DNA of 64,000 bases, taken from NCBI RefSeq assembly GCF_056746865.1, contig NZ_CM163382.1; one strand, given 5' to 3'. A program made the position numbers and the translations under genes. The notes under the pieces were generated by a model, which was not told the origin of the DNA, made no database searches, and worked only from the letters and a program-made list of their open reading frames with translations. Every line of letters begins with the position of its first letter. Position 1 is the stretch's first letter. Below are positions 17,887-30,578 of the stretch, in pieces.

Positions 17887-18804
17887 TTAATGTGCCTGAC
17901 CGCGCATTTTCGCTACGGCTTTCACTCCCAGCACCACTATGCCGCCGATGATAAATCCAAGAATCAGATTTAAAACAGTCGGTAATATCATCGCCACCAC
18001 TGCACTTTGCTGCCCGGCGAAATGTTCAATGGCGTGATGCAGCGGCGCAATTCCATGTACCACAATCCCACCGCCGACGAGGAACATCGCCAGCGTGCCT
18101 ACAATTGATAACGCTTTCATCAGCCAGGGCGCAATGATCAATAACCCTTTACCTAATGCCTGCATCAGCGCGCTGGATTTTTCCGCCAGCCAATACCCCA
18201 GGTCATCAATCTTAACGATAACCCCTACCAGACCGTAGACGCCCACGGTCACTACCAGCGCGATGCCTGAAAGCACCAGCACCTGATTAAGCAACGGCGC
18301 TTCGGCCACAATCCCCAGCGTGATGGCGACGATTTCCGCAGACAATATAAAATCGGTACGAATCGCCCCTTTTATTTTGTCCTTTTCAAACTTCAGCGGA
18401 TCCTGCGCCGCCAGCTTCTCCAGACGCTGCTGACTCTGCGCCGGATCTTCTTTATGTTTACGCGCCTCCAGCATATGCAGCACTTTCTCTACCCCTTCAA
18501 AGCAGAGAAACGCGCCGCCAATCATCAACAGTGGCGTAATCGCCCACGGGATAAACGCACTGATGATCAGCGCCAGCGGCACCAGAATCACTTTATTGAT
18601 CAGCGATCCTTTCGCCACGCCCCAGACCACGGGAAGTTCCCGGTTGGCCCGCACGCCTGAAACTTGTTGCGCATTGAGCGATAAGTCATCCCCTAATACA
18701 CCGGCGGTTTTCTTCGCCGCCAGTTTGCCCATCACGGAGATATCGTCCAGTAGAGTGGCGATATCATCGAGCAACGTCAGTAAACTACTCCCGGCCAAAA
18801 GCAT
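17887..18804 (-). CDS. yedI: DUF808 inner-membrane protein YedI
   Basis: 305-aa hydrophobic ORF. Confidence 0.9.
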   Translation of the reverse strand: MLLAGSSLLTLLDDIATLLDDISVMGKLAAKKTAGVLGDDLSLNAQQVSGVRANRELPVVWGVAKGSLINKVILVPLALIISAFIPWAITPLLMIGGAFLCFEGVEKVLHMLEARKHKEDPAQSQQRLEKLAAQDPLKFEKDKIKGAIRTDFILSAEIVAITLGIVAEAPLLNQVLVLSGIALVVTVGVYGLVGVIVKIDDLGYWLAEKSSALMQALGKGLLIIAPWLMKALSIVGTLAMFLVGGGIVVHGIAPLHHAIEHFAGQQSAVVAMILPTVLNLILGFIIGGIVVLGVKAVAKMRGQAH

Positions 18805-18975
18805 TCCCTCTCATTTTTATTGTTGAAGGGTGTAAGTATGAAGCAAAAACGGCAGCTCTGATACTTGCTTCACAGGTCAACATTTTTTAACAATCAAGTG
18901 CAATTATATCTCTCGCCAGCAGAATGATTTTCACGTTTACTATGAACCACCTTTTTATTTCCACCGTGAGGGATT

Positions 18976-19896
18976 ATGCGTTTCCGCCAGTTGTTACCGC
19001 TTTTTGGCGCGCTGTTTGCGTTGTATATCATTTGGGGCTCAACCTATTTTGTCATTCGGATTGGCGTGGAAAGCTGGCCTCCGTTAATGATGGCAGGCGT
19101 TCGATTCCTGGCAGCCGGTATTTTATTGCTGGCATTTTTGCTACTGCGCGGACACAAACTCCCCCCGCTACGTCCGCTTCTCAATGCCGCGCTGATTGGC
19201 CTGTTATTGCTGGCTGTCGGTAATGGCATGGTGACGGTTGCCGAACATCAAAATGTTCCTTCCGGCATCGCCGCCGTAGTGGTTGCAACCGTGCCCCTCT
19301 TTACCCTGTGCTTCAGCCGCCTGTTTGGCATTAAAACGCGCAAACTGGAATGGGTGGGTATTGCCATTGGGCTTGCCGGAATCATCATGCTCAATAGCGG
19401 TGGAAATTTAAGCGGCAATCCGTGGGGCGCGATTCTGATTTTAATCGGCTCGATTAGCTGGGCGTTTGGCTCGGTTTATGGCTCGCGCATTACCTTACCT
19501 GTAGGGATGATGGCGGGTGCGATTGAGATGCTGGCGGCAGGCGTGGTGTTAATGATCGCGTCGATGATTGCAGGTGAAAAACTGACGGCACTCCCTTCCC
19601 TTTCAGGCTTCCTTGCGGTCGGCTATCTGGCGCTGTTTGGTTCGATTATCGCCATTAACGCTTATATGTATTTAATCCGCAACGTCAGTCCGGCTCTCGC
19701 CACCAGCTACGCCTACGTTAACCCGGTGGTCGCGGTCTTGCTGGGTACGGGACTGGGCGGAGAAACGCTGTCGAAGATTGAATGGCTGGCGCTCGGCGTA
19801 ATTGTCTTCGCGGTGGTACTGGTCACGTTGGGAAAATATCTCTTCCCGGCAAACCCCGTAGTTGCGCCAGTTATTCAGGACGCATCAAGCGAGTAA
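18976..19896 (+). CDS. yedA: EamA/DMT-family transporter YedA
   Basis: 306-aa, 10-TM ORF. Confidence 0.9.
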   Translation: MRFRQLLPLFGALFALYIIWGSTYFVIRIGVESWPPLMMAGVRFLAAGILLLAFLLLRGHKLPPLRPLLNAALIGLLLLAVGNGMVTVAEHQNVPSGIAAVVVATVPLFTLCFSRLFGIKTRKLEWVGIAIGLAGIIMLNSGGNLSGNPWGAILILIGSISWAFGSVYGSRITLPVGMMAGAIEMLAAGVVLMIASMIAGEKLTALPSLSGFLAVGYLALFGSIIAINAYMYLIRNVSPALATSYAYVNPVVAVLLGTGLGGETLSKIEWLALGVIVFAVVLVTLGKYLFPANPVVAPVIQDASSE

Positions 19897-20355
19897 ATGA
19901 ATCCCCTGCGTGTCGATCTGCGCGCTGGCACCTTCGCCGCAGATCCACTCTTCCAGACGCTCGCTAAGCGCTTCATCCGTCAGCTTCTCGCGCCCACGTA
20001 ATGCACACTCCCAGACAATCAATACGCGCCAGCCGAGTTCCTGCAAACGACTGATATCGCGGCGATCGCGTTCAACATTTTTACCTATCTTCTCCAGCCA
20101 GAACTCGGTTCGAGTCGCAGGCACTTTAAACAGATAGCAGTGATGATGATGCCAGAAGCAGCCGTGGGTAAATATCACGCAGCGATATTCATCAACGACA
20201 AAATCCGGGCGTCCGGGCAGACTGGCGTCCTGAACGCGAAATGCCAGGCCCTGCCCGGTTAACAGACTGGCGAGGCGCTTCTCTATCGCCGTATCACGCG
20301 TGGCAATCGCGCGCATATTTTTGCTGCGGGTGGCCTTATCGTGAACGTCGGCCAT
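19885..20355 (-). CDS. vsr: Very-short-patch repair endonuclease Vsr
   Basis: 156-aa product from [16 protein letters not shown]; overlaps dcm 3' end. Confidence 0.93.
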   Translation of the reverse strand: MADVHDKATRSKNMRAIATRDTAIEKRLASLLTGQGLAFRVQDASLPGRPDFVVDEYRCVIFTHGCFWHHHHCYLFKVPATRTEFWLEKIGKNVERDRRDISRLQELGWRVLIVWECALRGREKLTDEALSERLEEWICGEGASAQIDTQGIHLLA

Positions 20356-21754
20356 GTTGTGCCTCTTGCTGACGCAACGCCACCGCCTGTTTGATTTTTG
20401 GCTCAAGCAGTTTTGCCACCGCGGCAAAGACCGGCACGACCACCGAGTTACCGAACTGGCGATAGGCCTGAGTGTCCGAAACCGGAATGCGGAATTTCGC
20501 TTCTCCCGGCGCTTCAAAACCCATTAAGCGCGCGCATTCCCGAGGCGTTAACCGACGTGGACGATGTTGCTGATTCAGCGGATCGTCAAAGTCTTTCTCA
20601 CCCGTGGCCATATCCCAGCCGCGATCGATTAAAATTTCCGCGCCATCTTTGTAATAACGCGCAGACAGCGTACGCGTGACGCTTTGCGGATTGTTAGGAT
20701 AGACCATTCCATAACCGAAGCCGTTACCGCGCGCCTGATGTTTTTTCGCATAACGATAGAGGTACTTCCACAGCACCGGCGTCAGGATATATTTCGCCTC
20801 GACCATCGGGTCCAGCAGCTGCGCCAGCGTCACTCGCTGTGCAGGGAAACATTCGCTGATATCACGCAGAGTAAAATCGGCTTTCAGATTAAGATCGCGA
20901 CGAAAACCCACCAGCACGATGCGTTCACGGTGCTGCGGCAGAAAATGTTTACCATCGATGATTTTCGGATCGTCCGGCCCGTTATCTTCTGCATCAGCCA
21001 CGTCATAGCCCAGTTCGTCCAGCGTCTGCATGATGATGCGGAACGTTTTACCCTGGTCGTGGCTTTTCAGGTTTTTGACGTTTTCGAGCACAAACATCGC
21101 CGGACGACGCGCGTCGATAATGCGCACCACATCAAAGAACAGCGTGCCCTGAGTATCGCAGGCAAAACCGTGCGCCCGCCCGAGCGAGTTCTTTTTCGAT
21201 ACGCCAGCCAGCGAAAATGGCTGACAAGGGAAACCGGCCAGTAAAACATCGTGTTCAGGAATGTGTTTACGAATATGTTCCGCCGCCGCCTCATCACTCA
21301 CGCCTTCTTTATGGCTGAGGGTGATGTCGCGGATATCTTCATTAAAATGATGCGTCGCCGGGTCGCAATAATGATTGGCTTTATAAGTGCGTACCGCATG
21401 TTTGTTCCATTCGCTGGTAAACACGCATTGTCCGCCAATCGATTCAAAACCGCGACGGATGCCGCCAATTCCGGCAAATAGATCGATAAAGCGAAACGCA
21501 TAATGCGGATGATGTGCCGGTGGTTTGGGTAACAACGTTTGCAGATGGGCGAACTCTTTCTCACTTAAACGGTGCCATGCCGAGTCATTCGCCAGCGCAC
21601 GTTTTAAAATTGCCGCGCTCCAGTGATTCTCACCCACACCATTAAGCTGCGCCACCAGCGTTTTAACATCATAAATTTGCAGCAGTTTCTCCAGCATTGC
21701 CTGTGCGGCATTCCCGGTGCTGTATGAATCGGTTACTGATATATTTTCCTGCAT
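20336..21754 (-). CDS. dcm: DNA-cytosine C5 methyltransferase Dcm
   Basis: 472-aa product with C5-MTase motifs FAGIGG and PCQPFS. Confidence 0.95.
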   Translation of the reverse strand: MQENISVTDSYSTGNAAQAMLEKLLQIYDVKTLVAQLNGVGENHWSAAILKRALANDSAWHRLSEKEFAHLQTLLPKPPAHHPHYAFRFIDLFAGIGGIRRGFESIGGQCVFTSEWNKHAVRTYKANHYCDPATHHFNEDIRDITLSHKEGVSDEAAAEHIRKHIPEHDVLLAGFPCQPFSLAGVSKKNSLGRAHGFACDTQGTLFFDVVRIIDARRPAMFVLENVKNLKSHDQGKTFRIIMQTLDELGYDVADAEDNGPDDPKIIDGKHFLPQHRERIVLVGFRRDLNLKADFTLRDISECFPAQRVTLAQLLDPMVEAKYILTPVLWKYLYRYAKKHQARGNGFGYGMVYPNNPQSVTRTLSARYYKDGAEILIDRGWDMATGEKDFDDPLNQQHRPRRLTPRECARLMGFEAPGEAKFRIPVSDTQAYRQFGNSVVVPVFAAVAKLLEPKIKQAVALRQQEAQHGRRSR

Positions 21755-21820
21755 AGATTTCACCGGCCATCTGAGATGGCCGACAGGTTAACATAATTAC
21801 AGCCATTTAGGGCCACGCGC

Positions 21821-22516
21821 TCAGCCAGCGGATGAAAACGCATCTATCACCTTGTGATCGACACCTTCATTCTCCCCCGCCAGTTCGGCACTGAGCTTCG
21901 CCATAAACTCGACTAAAAAATGCGCGTTGTGCTGCGCCAGCTGCTTGCCTCTTGCGGTTTGCATGGTTTGCGGTAGCTTCAGCAACTTAGTCTGGAAATG
22001 ATCCAGCGCGTAGCGTTTATCATCAAGCGGGCGATGCTGTGCGAGCGGATCTTCACCATCAAACAGCGCCACGCCCAATGCCCCTGAAACGGCAAACACG
22101 CGCGCCAGGCCAATCGCTCCCAGGGCTTCCAGCCGATCTGCATCCTGGACGATTTTAGCTTCCGTGGTTAAGGGGGCGATTTGCGCGCTGAAACTGTGAG
22201 CGGCAATAGCATGACAAACGGCCTCAATTTTCTCCGCCGGAAATTGCACGAACTCTTCACGGAGCAGGCGACGCGTCTCTTCTGCTGCCAGGATTGAAGA
22301 ACGCTGCCTTTGCGGATGATTTTTCGCCAGGCTCACAATATCGTGAAAATAACAGGCGGTTAAAATCACCAGCATATCGACGTCGTCATCTGCCGCCAGC
22401 TTCTGTGCCGTAGCCCAGACGCGGCGAAAATGACACACGTCATGGGCCGCGTCCTGGTGCTGATGATGGTTTTTCAACCAGTTTTCGAACTGTGCCTGCC
22501 AGTGTTGTAAGTCCAT
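21821..22516 (-). CDS. yedJ: HD-domain phosphohydrolase YedJ
   Basis: 231-aa ORF with HD motif. Confidence 0.9.
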   Translation of the reverse strand: MDLQHWQAQFENWLKNHHQHQDAAHDVCHFRRVWATAQKLAADDDVDMLVILTACYFHDIVSLAKNHPQRQRSSILAAEETRRLLREEFVQFPAEKIEAVCHAIAAHSFSAQIAPLTTEAKIVQDADRLEALGAIGLARVFAVSGALGVALFDGEDPLAQHRPLDDKRYALDHFQTKLLKLPQTMQTARGKQLAQHNAHFLVEFMAKLSAELAGENEGVDHKVIDAFSSAG

Positions 22517-22555
22517 ACGCGCTCCGTTGCCAAAGAGTAGCCACCTTAGCAGTTT

Positions 22556-22921
22556 TTATTCATAGCGTCTGCTACGTGCGGGACGAGGTCGGGTGTACCA
22601 GGCAATGCTGCCTAACAATGCCCCGACCAGAGCCATAAATAAAAATCCGACCAGTGCCCCTAACCACTTTCCCGCGGTAGAGCCTAAATCGCTTTCAAAT
22701 CCCGACACGGGGGCATCGGGGATCCGGCTCATCACCCAGATGTAACGCGCCATTGCCCAGACGAAATAGCCACACCATGTATAGAAAGCCCACAAAGCCA
22801 GTTTGCCGCCAGGGCTGCGAGAGAGTCTCTCTTCCATCTTTGTCGAACCGTATTCCATTTTGAGATAACCCGGAAAATTCAGACTTAGTACTATTATGTG
22901 ATAAAAGTCACATTTTTCCAC
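22556..22921 (-). CDS. yedR: Inner-membrane protein YedR
   Basis: ORF 22556..22939; start probably GTG 22921 or ATG 22858; two TM helices. Confidence 0.75.
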   Translation of the reverse strand: MEKCDFYHIIVLSLNFPGYLKMEYGSTKMEERLSRSPGGKLALWAFYTWCGYFVWAMARYIWVMSRIPDAPVSGFESDLGSTAGKWLGALVGFLFMALVGALLGSIAWYTRPRPARSRRYE

Positions 22922-24229
22922 ATTGGATGAGCCAGTCAAGACTCAATCATTTTTTGAACAAATAGATAAATTTTGCGCAACGGCAGTGAATACAGGAAAA
23001 ATCGTTTTGAGCGATTTTATTTATCTTTGATATCGGCTTTATTAATTCATTTAATCAATATATTAGCACTGATTACAATTATACCTTTTTATTATTCTGT
23101 GTCATGATGCTTCCGTTATTAGCCTTTTATCGTCTTGTTTATATTTTTTGGGCCGGCATGATGCCGGCTTTTTTTTATGCCTTCATTAATGTGCGCCTGA
23201 TCACACCAGCCGTTTGGCGCAACAATCATTGATACCCCCTATGTTTCCGCTCAACTCATAACATATTGATATACATTTATAATTTTCATGAATATTTATA
23301 TTTAGAATTCATAATTCTGAATTATATTAAATAGATTAGAAACATTTTGAAATCTTTTAAATACATTTGTTACATGTAATCCTTAAAATAAAATGAACTT
23401 CATAGAATAGTATCCAAATGTGCTTTTTTTGGATAACGGCACTTATTGATATATTCATGAAGATTATAATCACAAGGGAATACATAATGAAAAGAAAAGT
23501 TCTGGCAATGCTGGTCCCGGCGTTATTAGTTGCTGGCGCAGCAAATGCGGCTGAAATTTACAATAAAGATGGCAATAAAGTTGATTTCTACGGCAAGATG
23601 GTTGGCGAACGCATCTGGTCAAATACTGATGATAATAACAGCGAAAACGAAGATACCTCCTATGCTCGTTTCGGTGTTAAAGGTGAAACCCAAATCACCA
23701 GCGAACTGACTGGTTTTGGTCAGTTTGAATACAACCTCGACGCCAGCAAGCCCGAAGGCTCTAATCAGGAAAAAACCCGTTTAACCTTCGCAGGTTTGAA
23801 ATATAACGAGTTAGGATCTTTCGACTATGGTCGTAACTACGGTGTTGCTTATGATGCCGCAGCTTATACCGATATGTTAGTTGAATGGGGTGGTGATTCC
23901 TGGGCTTCCGCTGACAACTTCATGAACGGTCGTACCAACGGTGTTGCAACCTACCGTAACTCTGATTTCTTTGGTCTGGTTGATGGTCTGAATTTTGCTG
24001 TGCAATATCAAGGTAAGAACAGCAATCGTGGCGTTACTAAACAAAACGGTGATGGCTATGCGTTGTCTGTAGACTACAACATCGAAGGTTTTGGTTTTGT
24101 AGGTGCATATAGCAAATCTGATCGTACTAATGAACAAGCTGGTGACGGCTACGGTGATAACGCTGAAGTGTGGTCATTAGCAGCCAAGTATGATGCAAAT
24201 AATATCTATGCAGCGGTAATGACTCCAAC

Positions 24230-24733
24230 TTATTGATAGTGTTTTATGTTCAGATAATGCCCGATGACTTTGTCATGCAGCTCCACCGATTTTGAGAACG
24301 ACAGCGACTTCCGTCCCAGCCGTGCCAGGTGCTGCCTCAGATTCAGGTTATGCCGCTCAATTCGCTGCGTATATCGCTTGCTGATTACGTGCAGCTTTCC
24401 CTTCAGGCGGGATTCATACAGCGGCCAGCCATCCGTCATCCATATCACCACGTCAAAGGGTGACAGCAGGCTCATAAGACGCCCCAGCGTCGCCATCGTG
24501 CGTTCACCGAATACGTGCGCAACAACCGTCTTCCGGAGCCTGTCATACGCGTAAAACAGCCAGCGCTGGCGCGATTTAGCCCCGACATAGCCCCACTGTT
24601 CGTCCATTTCCGCGCAGACGATGACGTCACTGCCCGGCTGTATGCGCGAGGTTACCGACTGCGGCCTGAGTTTTTTAAGTGACGTAAAATCGTGTTGAGG
24701 CCAACGCCCATAATGCGGGCAGTTGCCCGGCAT
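24230..24733 (-). CDS. insB: IS1 InsB (expressed as InsAB' by -1 frameshift)
   Basis: 167-aa ORF overlapping insA; A6C slippery run at about 24668..24676. Confidence 0.93.
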
Positions 24734-24927
24734 CCAACGCCATTCATGGCCATATCAATGATTTTCTGGTGCGTACCGGGTTGAGAAGCGGTGTAAGTGA
24801 ACTGCAGTTGCCATGTTTTACGGCAGTGAGAGCAGAGATAGCGCTGATGTCCGGCGGTGCTTTTGCCGTTACGCACCACCCCGTCAGTAGCTGAACAGGA
24901 GGGACAGCTGATAGAAACAGAAGCCAC
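24652..24927 (-). CDS. insA: IS1 InsA
   Basis: 91-aa [26 protein letters not shown]... Confidence 0.93.
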
Positions 24928-25380
24928 TGGAGCACCTCAAAAACACCATCATACACTAAATCAGTAAGTTGGCAGCATCACCCTATGCAGCAATGATGTA
25001 CGGTGAAACCCGCAACATGACCGTTTTGGCTAATGATCATTTTGCAAATAAAACCCAAAACTTTGAAGCTGTTGTACAGTATCAGTTCGACTTCGGTTTA
25101 CGTCCGTCTTTAGGCTACGTATATTCCAAAGGCAAAGATCTTTATGCTCGTAATGGACATAAAGGTGTTGATGCTGACCGCGTAAATTATATCGAAGTTG
25201 GTACCTGGTACTACTTCAATAAGAACATGAACGTCTACACAGCATACAAATTTAACCTGCTGGATAAAGACGATGCAGCGATTACCGATGCCGCAACTGA
25301 TGACCAGTTTGCAGTTGGTATCGTCTACCAGTTCTAATCAGCCAACGCGCCGCGGCGTGTTACTGTAAAACATAACACTA

Positions 25381-25419
25381 GCCTGAGTTCGTCCCTCATC
25401 GAACTCAGGCTTTTTTTAT
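25381..25419 (+). terminator. Rho-independent terminator after the porin gene
   Basis: GCCTGAGTTCG...CGAACTCAGGC hairpin followed by TTTTTTTATT. Confidence 0.7.
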
Positions 25420-25930
25420 TGGCATTTCATCTCCATCTGCGGCACACGCAATTGCCAAAGCATATCGATACAGCACCTTACCCTGCCCCTCCTGCCACAA
25501 TAACATCTACCAGCGACTCATCCAGCCAACACTCCAAATACATTTCTTTATGAATTAACCCGCAACAAACACGCCTCCCATATAGAAATTTTTGCAAAAA
25601 AAGTGCATGGAAAAAGCTTTTTCTCCACCAATCCGGGATATAAATATTCATCAGCACCACAATATTCCACATCACTAAATCTCTCCCCGCCGCCCCGTAC
25701 CTCTGATAATGGTCTAAAATCATTGAGGCCACTTGCGACGACGTTGCTCAATAAGGAAAATTTGGCGTGAATAATATTCAACACCAGTGCAGCATCATCA
25801 TTACATACTTACACCCGCCGACTACCGCTTTCGATATATTGACTCAATTTTCCAGCCTGGTTAAAAATAGCGACCAGCTCAGTCGCAAATATAGTGACTA
25901 CCCTAACTAAGCAACAATAAGGAATACACT

Positions 25931-26782
25931 ATGACTGTTCAAACAAGTAAAAATCCGCAGGTCGATATTGCTGAAGATAATGCATTCTTCCCTTCAGAAT
26001 ATTCGCTTAGCCAATATACCAGTCCTGTCTCTGATCTTGATGGCGTGGACTATCCAAAACCGTATCGCGGTAAACATAAAATTCTGGTGATCGCCGCGGA
26101 CGAACGTTATTTGCCGACCGATAACGGGAAACTGTTCTCGACCGGTAACCATCCGATTGAAACGTTGCTGCCGTTGTATCATCTCCATGCTGCAGGTTTC
26201 GAATTCGAAGTGGCGACCATTTCCGGTCTGATGACCAAGTTTGAATACTGGGCTATGCCGCACAAAGATGAAAAAGTAATGCCATTCTTTGAGCAGCATA
26301 AATCGTTGTTCCGCAATCCGAAGAAACTCGCGGATGTTGTCGCCAGCCTCAACGCTGATAGCGAATATGCAGCAATCTTTGTTCCTGGTGGTCATGGCGC
26401 ACTTATTGGTTTACCTGAAAGCCAGGACGTAGCTGCCGCTTTACAGTGGGCAATCAAAAATGACCGTTTCGTTATCTCCCTTTGCCACGGCCCGGCGGCT
26501 TTTCTGGCGCTTCGCCACGGCGATAACCCACTGAATGGTTATTCCATTTGCGCATTCCCAGACGCCGCAGACAAACAAACGCCAGAGATAGGCTATATGC
26601 CGGGTCATCTCACCTGGTACTTCGGCGAAGAGCTGAAGAAAATGGGCATGAACATTATTAATGACGACATCACTGGGCGAGTACATAAGGACCGTAAAGT
26701 TCTCACCGGCGACAGTCCTTTCGCAGCGAATGCGTTGGGTAAACTGGCGGCGCAGGAAATGCTGGCAGCTTATGCGGGTTAA
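25931..26782 (+). CDS. hchA: Hsp31 glyoxalase / chaperone HchA
   Basis: 283-aa DJ-1/PfpI-type ORF. Confidence 0.93.
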   Translation: MTVQTSKNPQVDIAEDNAFFPSEYSLSQYTSPVSDLDGVDYPKPYRGKHKILVIAADERYLPTDNGKLFSTGNHPIETLLPLYHLHAAGFEFEVATISGLMTKFEYWAMPHKDEKVMPFFEQHKSLFRNPKKLADVVASLNADSEYAAIFVPGGHGALIGLPESQDVAAALQWAIKNDRFVISLCHGPAAFLALRHGDNPLNGYSICAFPDAADKQTPEIGYMPGHLTWYFGEELKKMGMNIINDDITGRVHKDRKVLTGDSPFAANALGKLAAQEMLAAYAG

Positions 26783-26817
26783 TCCCTGTTACGTATGAAT
26801 GTAAGCGCATAATCAAT

Positions 26818-26856
26818 CGCAGCCACGTTAATACTCACGACGTGGCTGCGTTTTTT
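26818..26856. terminator. Bidirectional hairpin terminator between hchA and hprS
   Basis: GCAGCCACG...CGTGGCTGC stem followed by GTTTTTT. Confidence 0.6.
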
Positions 26857-26889
26857 CATGGTTGATTTATGGCGTACTGAAGCCCTATG

Positions 26890-28248
26890 TTAATTTCTTT
26901 GCGGTAACGTAATTCGGAACACATTATGCTTATTAAAATAGTGATACGTAGCACTTCCCCCATGCAATTCGGCAATCGCTTTGACTAAAGAAAGACCAAG
27001 TCCCTGACCTTCGGAATGACGCGAATTATCTCCCCGCCAAAATCTACGGAAGAGTTTTTCAGGCTCATTAATTTTCGTTCCAGGACTGGCGATATCAATA
27101 TTAAGATAGCCGTTGGTATCAAGAAAACTGGTTATATGAATGCGCGATTTTTCTGGTGAATATCTAATGGCATTAACAATAAGATTCGATAACATTCGTT
27201 GCAGTAAAATTTTATCCGCAAAGATTTGCTGATTGCACTCGACCTTAAAGCAAATCTCTTTCTCGTCTGAAAGGTATTCAAGATAATCCAACAAATTTTC
27301 GACTTCCTTATTGAGAGAAAGCGAGTCCAGTTTCACCAAAACATTGTTTTTATCTGCCCGGGCAAGAAACAGTATGTTCTCTGTTAACCGCGAAATATTT
27401 TCCAGCTCTTCAATGTTACCGGCAATTGTTTTTTGATATTCAGCGATACTTCTGGTTTGACTGAGCGTAACCTGATTCTGACCCAGTAATGCATTAATGG
27501 GCGTTCTAAGTTCATGAGCGAGATCGTCAGCAAATTGACTTAGACGCTCAAAATCTTTGACTAAAGCATGATGCATTTTATTCAACGCCTGCCCAAGAGG
27601 TTTTAGTTCTCTCGGTAATGCGCTAACCTCAACAGGCTCCCGGCTATCGTTATAATTCAGCGCTTCCGTTACACCACTCAACTTTTTGATCTCTCGTAAT
27701 CCCGTTCTGATTAACAGCGGACTTAATACTGAGCAAAGTACAATGGCGACAATGCAAATTATAATGCTATTAATTTTATACTGTTCAAGCATGTTATGTC
27801 TGGCTGAAGCCAATTTAGCCACAGTAACCGTTAATGATGGCGAAACTTCATCAATATTAATTCGTAAAGCATCAATCTCAGTATCATTAATAATGCTTCT
27901 GTAAATGCCAGCTGCGCTGATTGTCTCACTAGCAGGTATGTTATTTAACATGTCATCACTGACATTTGTCCGGTTAACAATTTTATTGATGCTATCACCA
28001 TGAATGATCAAGATATCCTGACTAACATCCATCATCCGGTTAAAGTATACAGGTAACGTATCTGGATTTACCCCATCAATTAACAACTGCTTGATCTGTG
28101 CTGTCCGGTTAATGAGTGTTGTATCATCGCGCCATTTCAACTCACTTGCCAGGCCATTATAGAGAGTCCAGACAATTCCAGCGCCAGCAACAGACAGCAG
28201 CAATATAAAAAGCAAGGTTAAACGGACGGTTATAGATAATCTTTTCAT
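26890..28248 (-). CDS. hprS: Two-component sensor histidine kinase HprS (YedV)
   Basis: 452-aa ORF with HAMP/HisKA/HATPase organisation (ELRTP H-box). Confidence 0.9.
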   Translation of the reverse strand: MKRLSITVRLTLLFILLLSVAGAGIVWTLYNGLASELKWRDDTTLINRTAQIKQLLIDGVNPDTLPVYFNRMMDVSQDILIIHGDSINKIVNRTNVSDDMLNNIPASETISAAGIYRSIINDTEIDALRINIDEVSPSLTVTVAKLASARHNMLEQYKINSIIICIVAIVLCSVLSPLLIRTGLREIKKLSGVTEALNYNDSREPVEVSALPRELKPLGQALNKMHHALVKDFERLSQFADDLAHELRTPINALLGQNQVTLSQTRSIAEYQKTIAGNIEELENISRLTENILFLARADKNNVLVKLDSLSLNKEVENLLDYLEYLSDEKEICFKVECNQQIFADKILLQRMLSNLIVNAIRYSPEKSRIHITSFLDTNGYLNIDIASPGTKINEPEKLFRRFWRGDNSRHSEGQGLGLSLVKAIAELHGGSATYHYFNKHNVFRITLPQRN

Positions 28249-28919
28249 TATTTTTTTACCGCTACGAATGAATAGCCCATCCCCCGGATTGTGGCGATTA
28301 GCTTTTCAGGAAAAGGATCATCAACTTTTGCGCGGAGCCTGCGAATGGCGACATCCACCGTATTGGTATCACTATCAAAGTTGATTCCCCAAATTTCACT
28401 CGCAATAACCGTTCTGGGTATAATTTCGCCAGCTCTGGAGGCCAGTAGCCAAAGTAACTGAAACTCCTTGCGCGTCAGTGTAATACTGATATTGTCCCTG
28501 CTCACACTTTGACTTACAGAGTCCATTCTTAAGCCACTGATTTCTAATGTTGAATTCAAAGCGTGATGTTGCCTTAATTGTGCCCGAACCCTTGCCAGCA
28601 ACTCAGAAAATGAAAAAGGTTTTACCAGATAATCATTTGCTCCACTGTCCAGCCCTCTGACTCTGTCATCGACAGAATCCCTTGCAGTAAGGCAAATAAC
28701 AGGGGTTTGCTTTGCTGTTCTTAACGTTTGTAAGATCTGCCAGCCATCCATACCCGGAAGCATAATATCCAGAATGATCAATGCATAATCATCCTTCAGC
28801 GCAAGATAAAGCCCATCTCTGCCATCAGAAACGGCATCAATGACATAACCCGCTTCGGAAAGCCCCTGCGTTACCCACTCCTGGGTCCTTTGATTATCTT
28901 CAATAAGTAAAATCTTCAT
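28248..28919 (-). CDS. hprR: OmpR-family response regulator HprR (YedW)
   Basis: 223-aa product from MKILLIEDNQ; receiver plus winged-helix domains. Confidence 0.9.
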   Translation of the reverse strand: MKILLIEDNQRTQEWVTQGLSEAGYVIDAVSDGRDGLYLALKDDYALIILDIMLPGMDGWQILQTLRTAKQTPVICLTARDSVDDRVRGLDSGANDYLVKPFSFSELLARVRAQLRQHHALNSTLEISGLRMDSVSQSVSRDNISITLTRKEFQLLWLLASRAGEIIPRTVIASEIWGINFDSDTNTVDVAIRRLRAKVDDPFPEKLIATIRGMGYSFVAVKK

Positions 28920-29051
28920 GAAAATAATATGCCATAAATCATATGTTATAGAAACAGCCTGGTTCATTACAAAATTGTAATGCTGCTGTAAGGTTACCCT
29001 GGCCGCTTTTTCGCTATCCTCAAAACTCATTCACATGACAAGGATATAAAC

Positions 29052-29465
29052 ATGTTAAAGCGTTATTTAGTACTCTCGGTAGCAACGGCAGCATTTTCAT
29101 TACCTTCTTTGGTTTATGCCGCACAACAAAACATTCTTAGCGTGCACATTTTGAACCAGCAAACCGGAAAACCCGCTGCCGACGTGACAGTCACTCTTGA
29201 AAAGAAAGCGGACAACGGCTGGTTACAACTTAATACCGCCAAAACAGATAAGGATGGACGAATTAAGGCACTGTGGCCCGAGCAAACTGCAACTACGGGC
29301 GATTACCGTGTCGTATTTAAAACCGGGGACTATTTCAAGAAACAAAATCTTGAAAGTTTCTTCCCTGAGATCCCCGTTGAATTTCATATTAATAAAGTGA
29401 ACGAGCATTATCATGTGCCTTTATTACTTAGCCAATATGGGTATTCAACCTATCGTGGCAGTTAA
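29052..29465 (+). CDS. hiuH: 5-hydroxyisourate hydrolase (transthyretin-like) HiuH
   Basis: 137-aa ORF with signal peptide; C-terminal YRGS. Confidence 0.9.
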   Translation: MLKRYLVLSVATAAFSLPSLVYAAQQNILSVHILNQQTGKPAADVTVTLEKKADNGWLQLNTAKTDKDGRIKALWPEQTATTGDYRVVFKTGDYFKKQNLESFFPEIPVEFHINKVNEHYHVPLLLSQYGYSTYRGS

Positions 29466-29567
29466 TGCATAAATATGTAAAAGCAGATCTCTGCTACTGT
29501 TAGGGAGGACACTCCCTGACAGATTAACAGTAAACGGCTCTTGCTGGCTAACGACAAAAAAGTGTGA

Positions 29568-30578
<1,011 letters not shown>

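Larger units (their letters stand above)
24215..24982 (-). mobile_element. IS1 insertion sequence, 768 bp, with 9-bp target-site duplication CTATGCAGC
   Basis: Terminal inverted repeats GGTAATGACTCCAACTTATTGAT / ATCAGTAAGTTGGCAGCATCACC; duplication at 24206..24214 and 24983..24991. Confidence 0.95.
23487..25337 (+). pseudogene. yedS: OmpC/PhoE/NmpC-family porin gene (yedS-like) interrupted by IS1; N part 23487..24214, C part 24983..25337
   Basis: Signal peptide [21 protein letters not shown], porin N-terminus, C-terminal ...VYQF; the two fragments are in frame once IS1 plus one duplication copy are removed (reconstructed ~357 aa). Confidence 0.85.

Noticed and set aside
29197-29414. ORFs 29197..29400 (plus) and 29223..29414 (minus) inside hiuH
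   Set aside because: Alternative-frame or antisense ORFs within a confidently identified gene.
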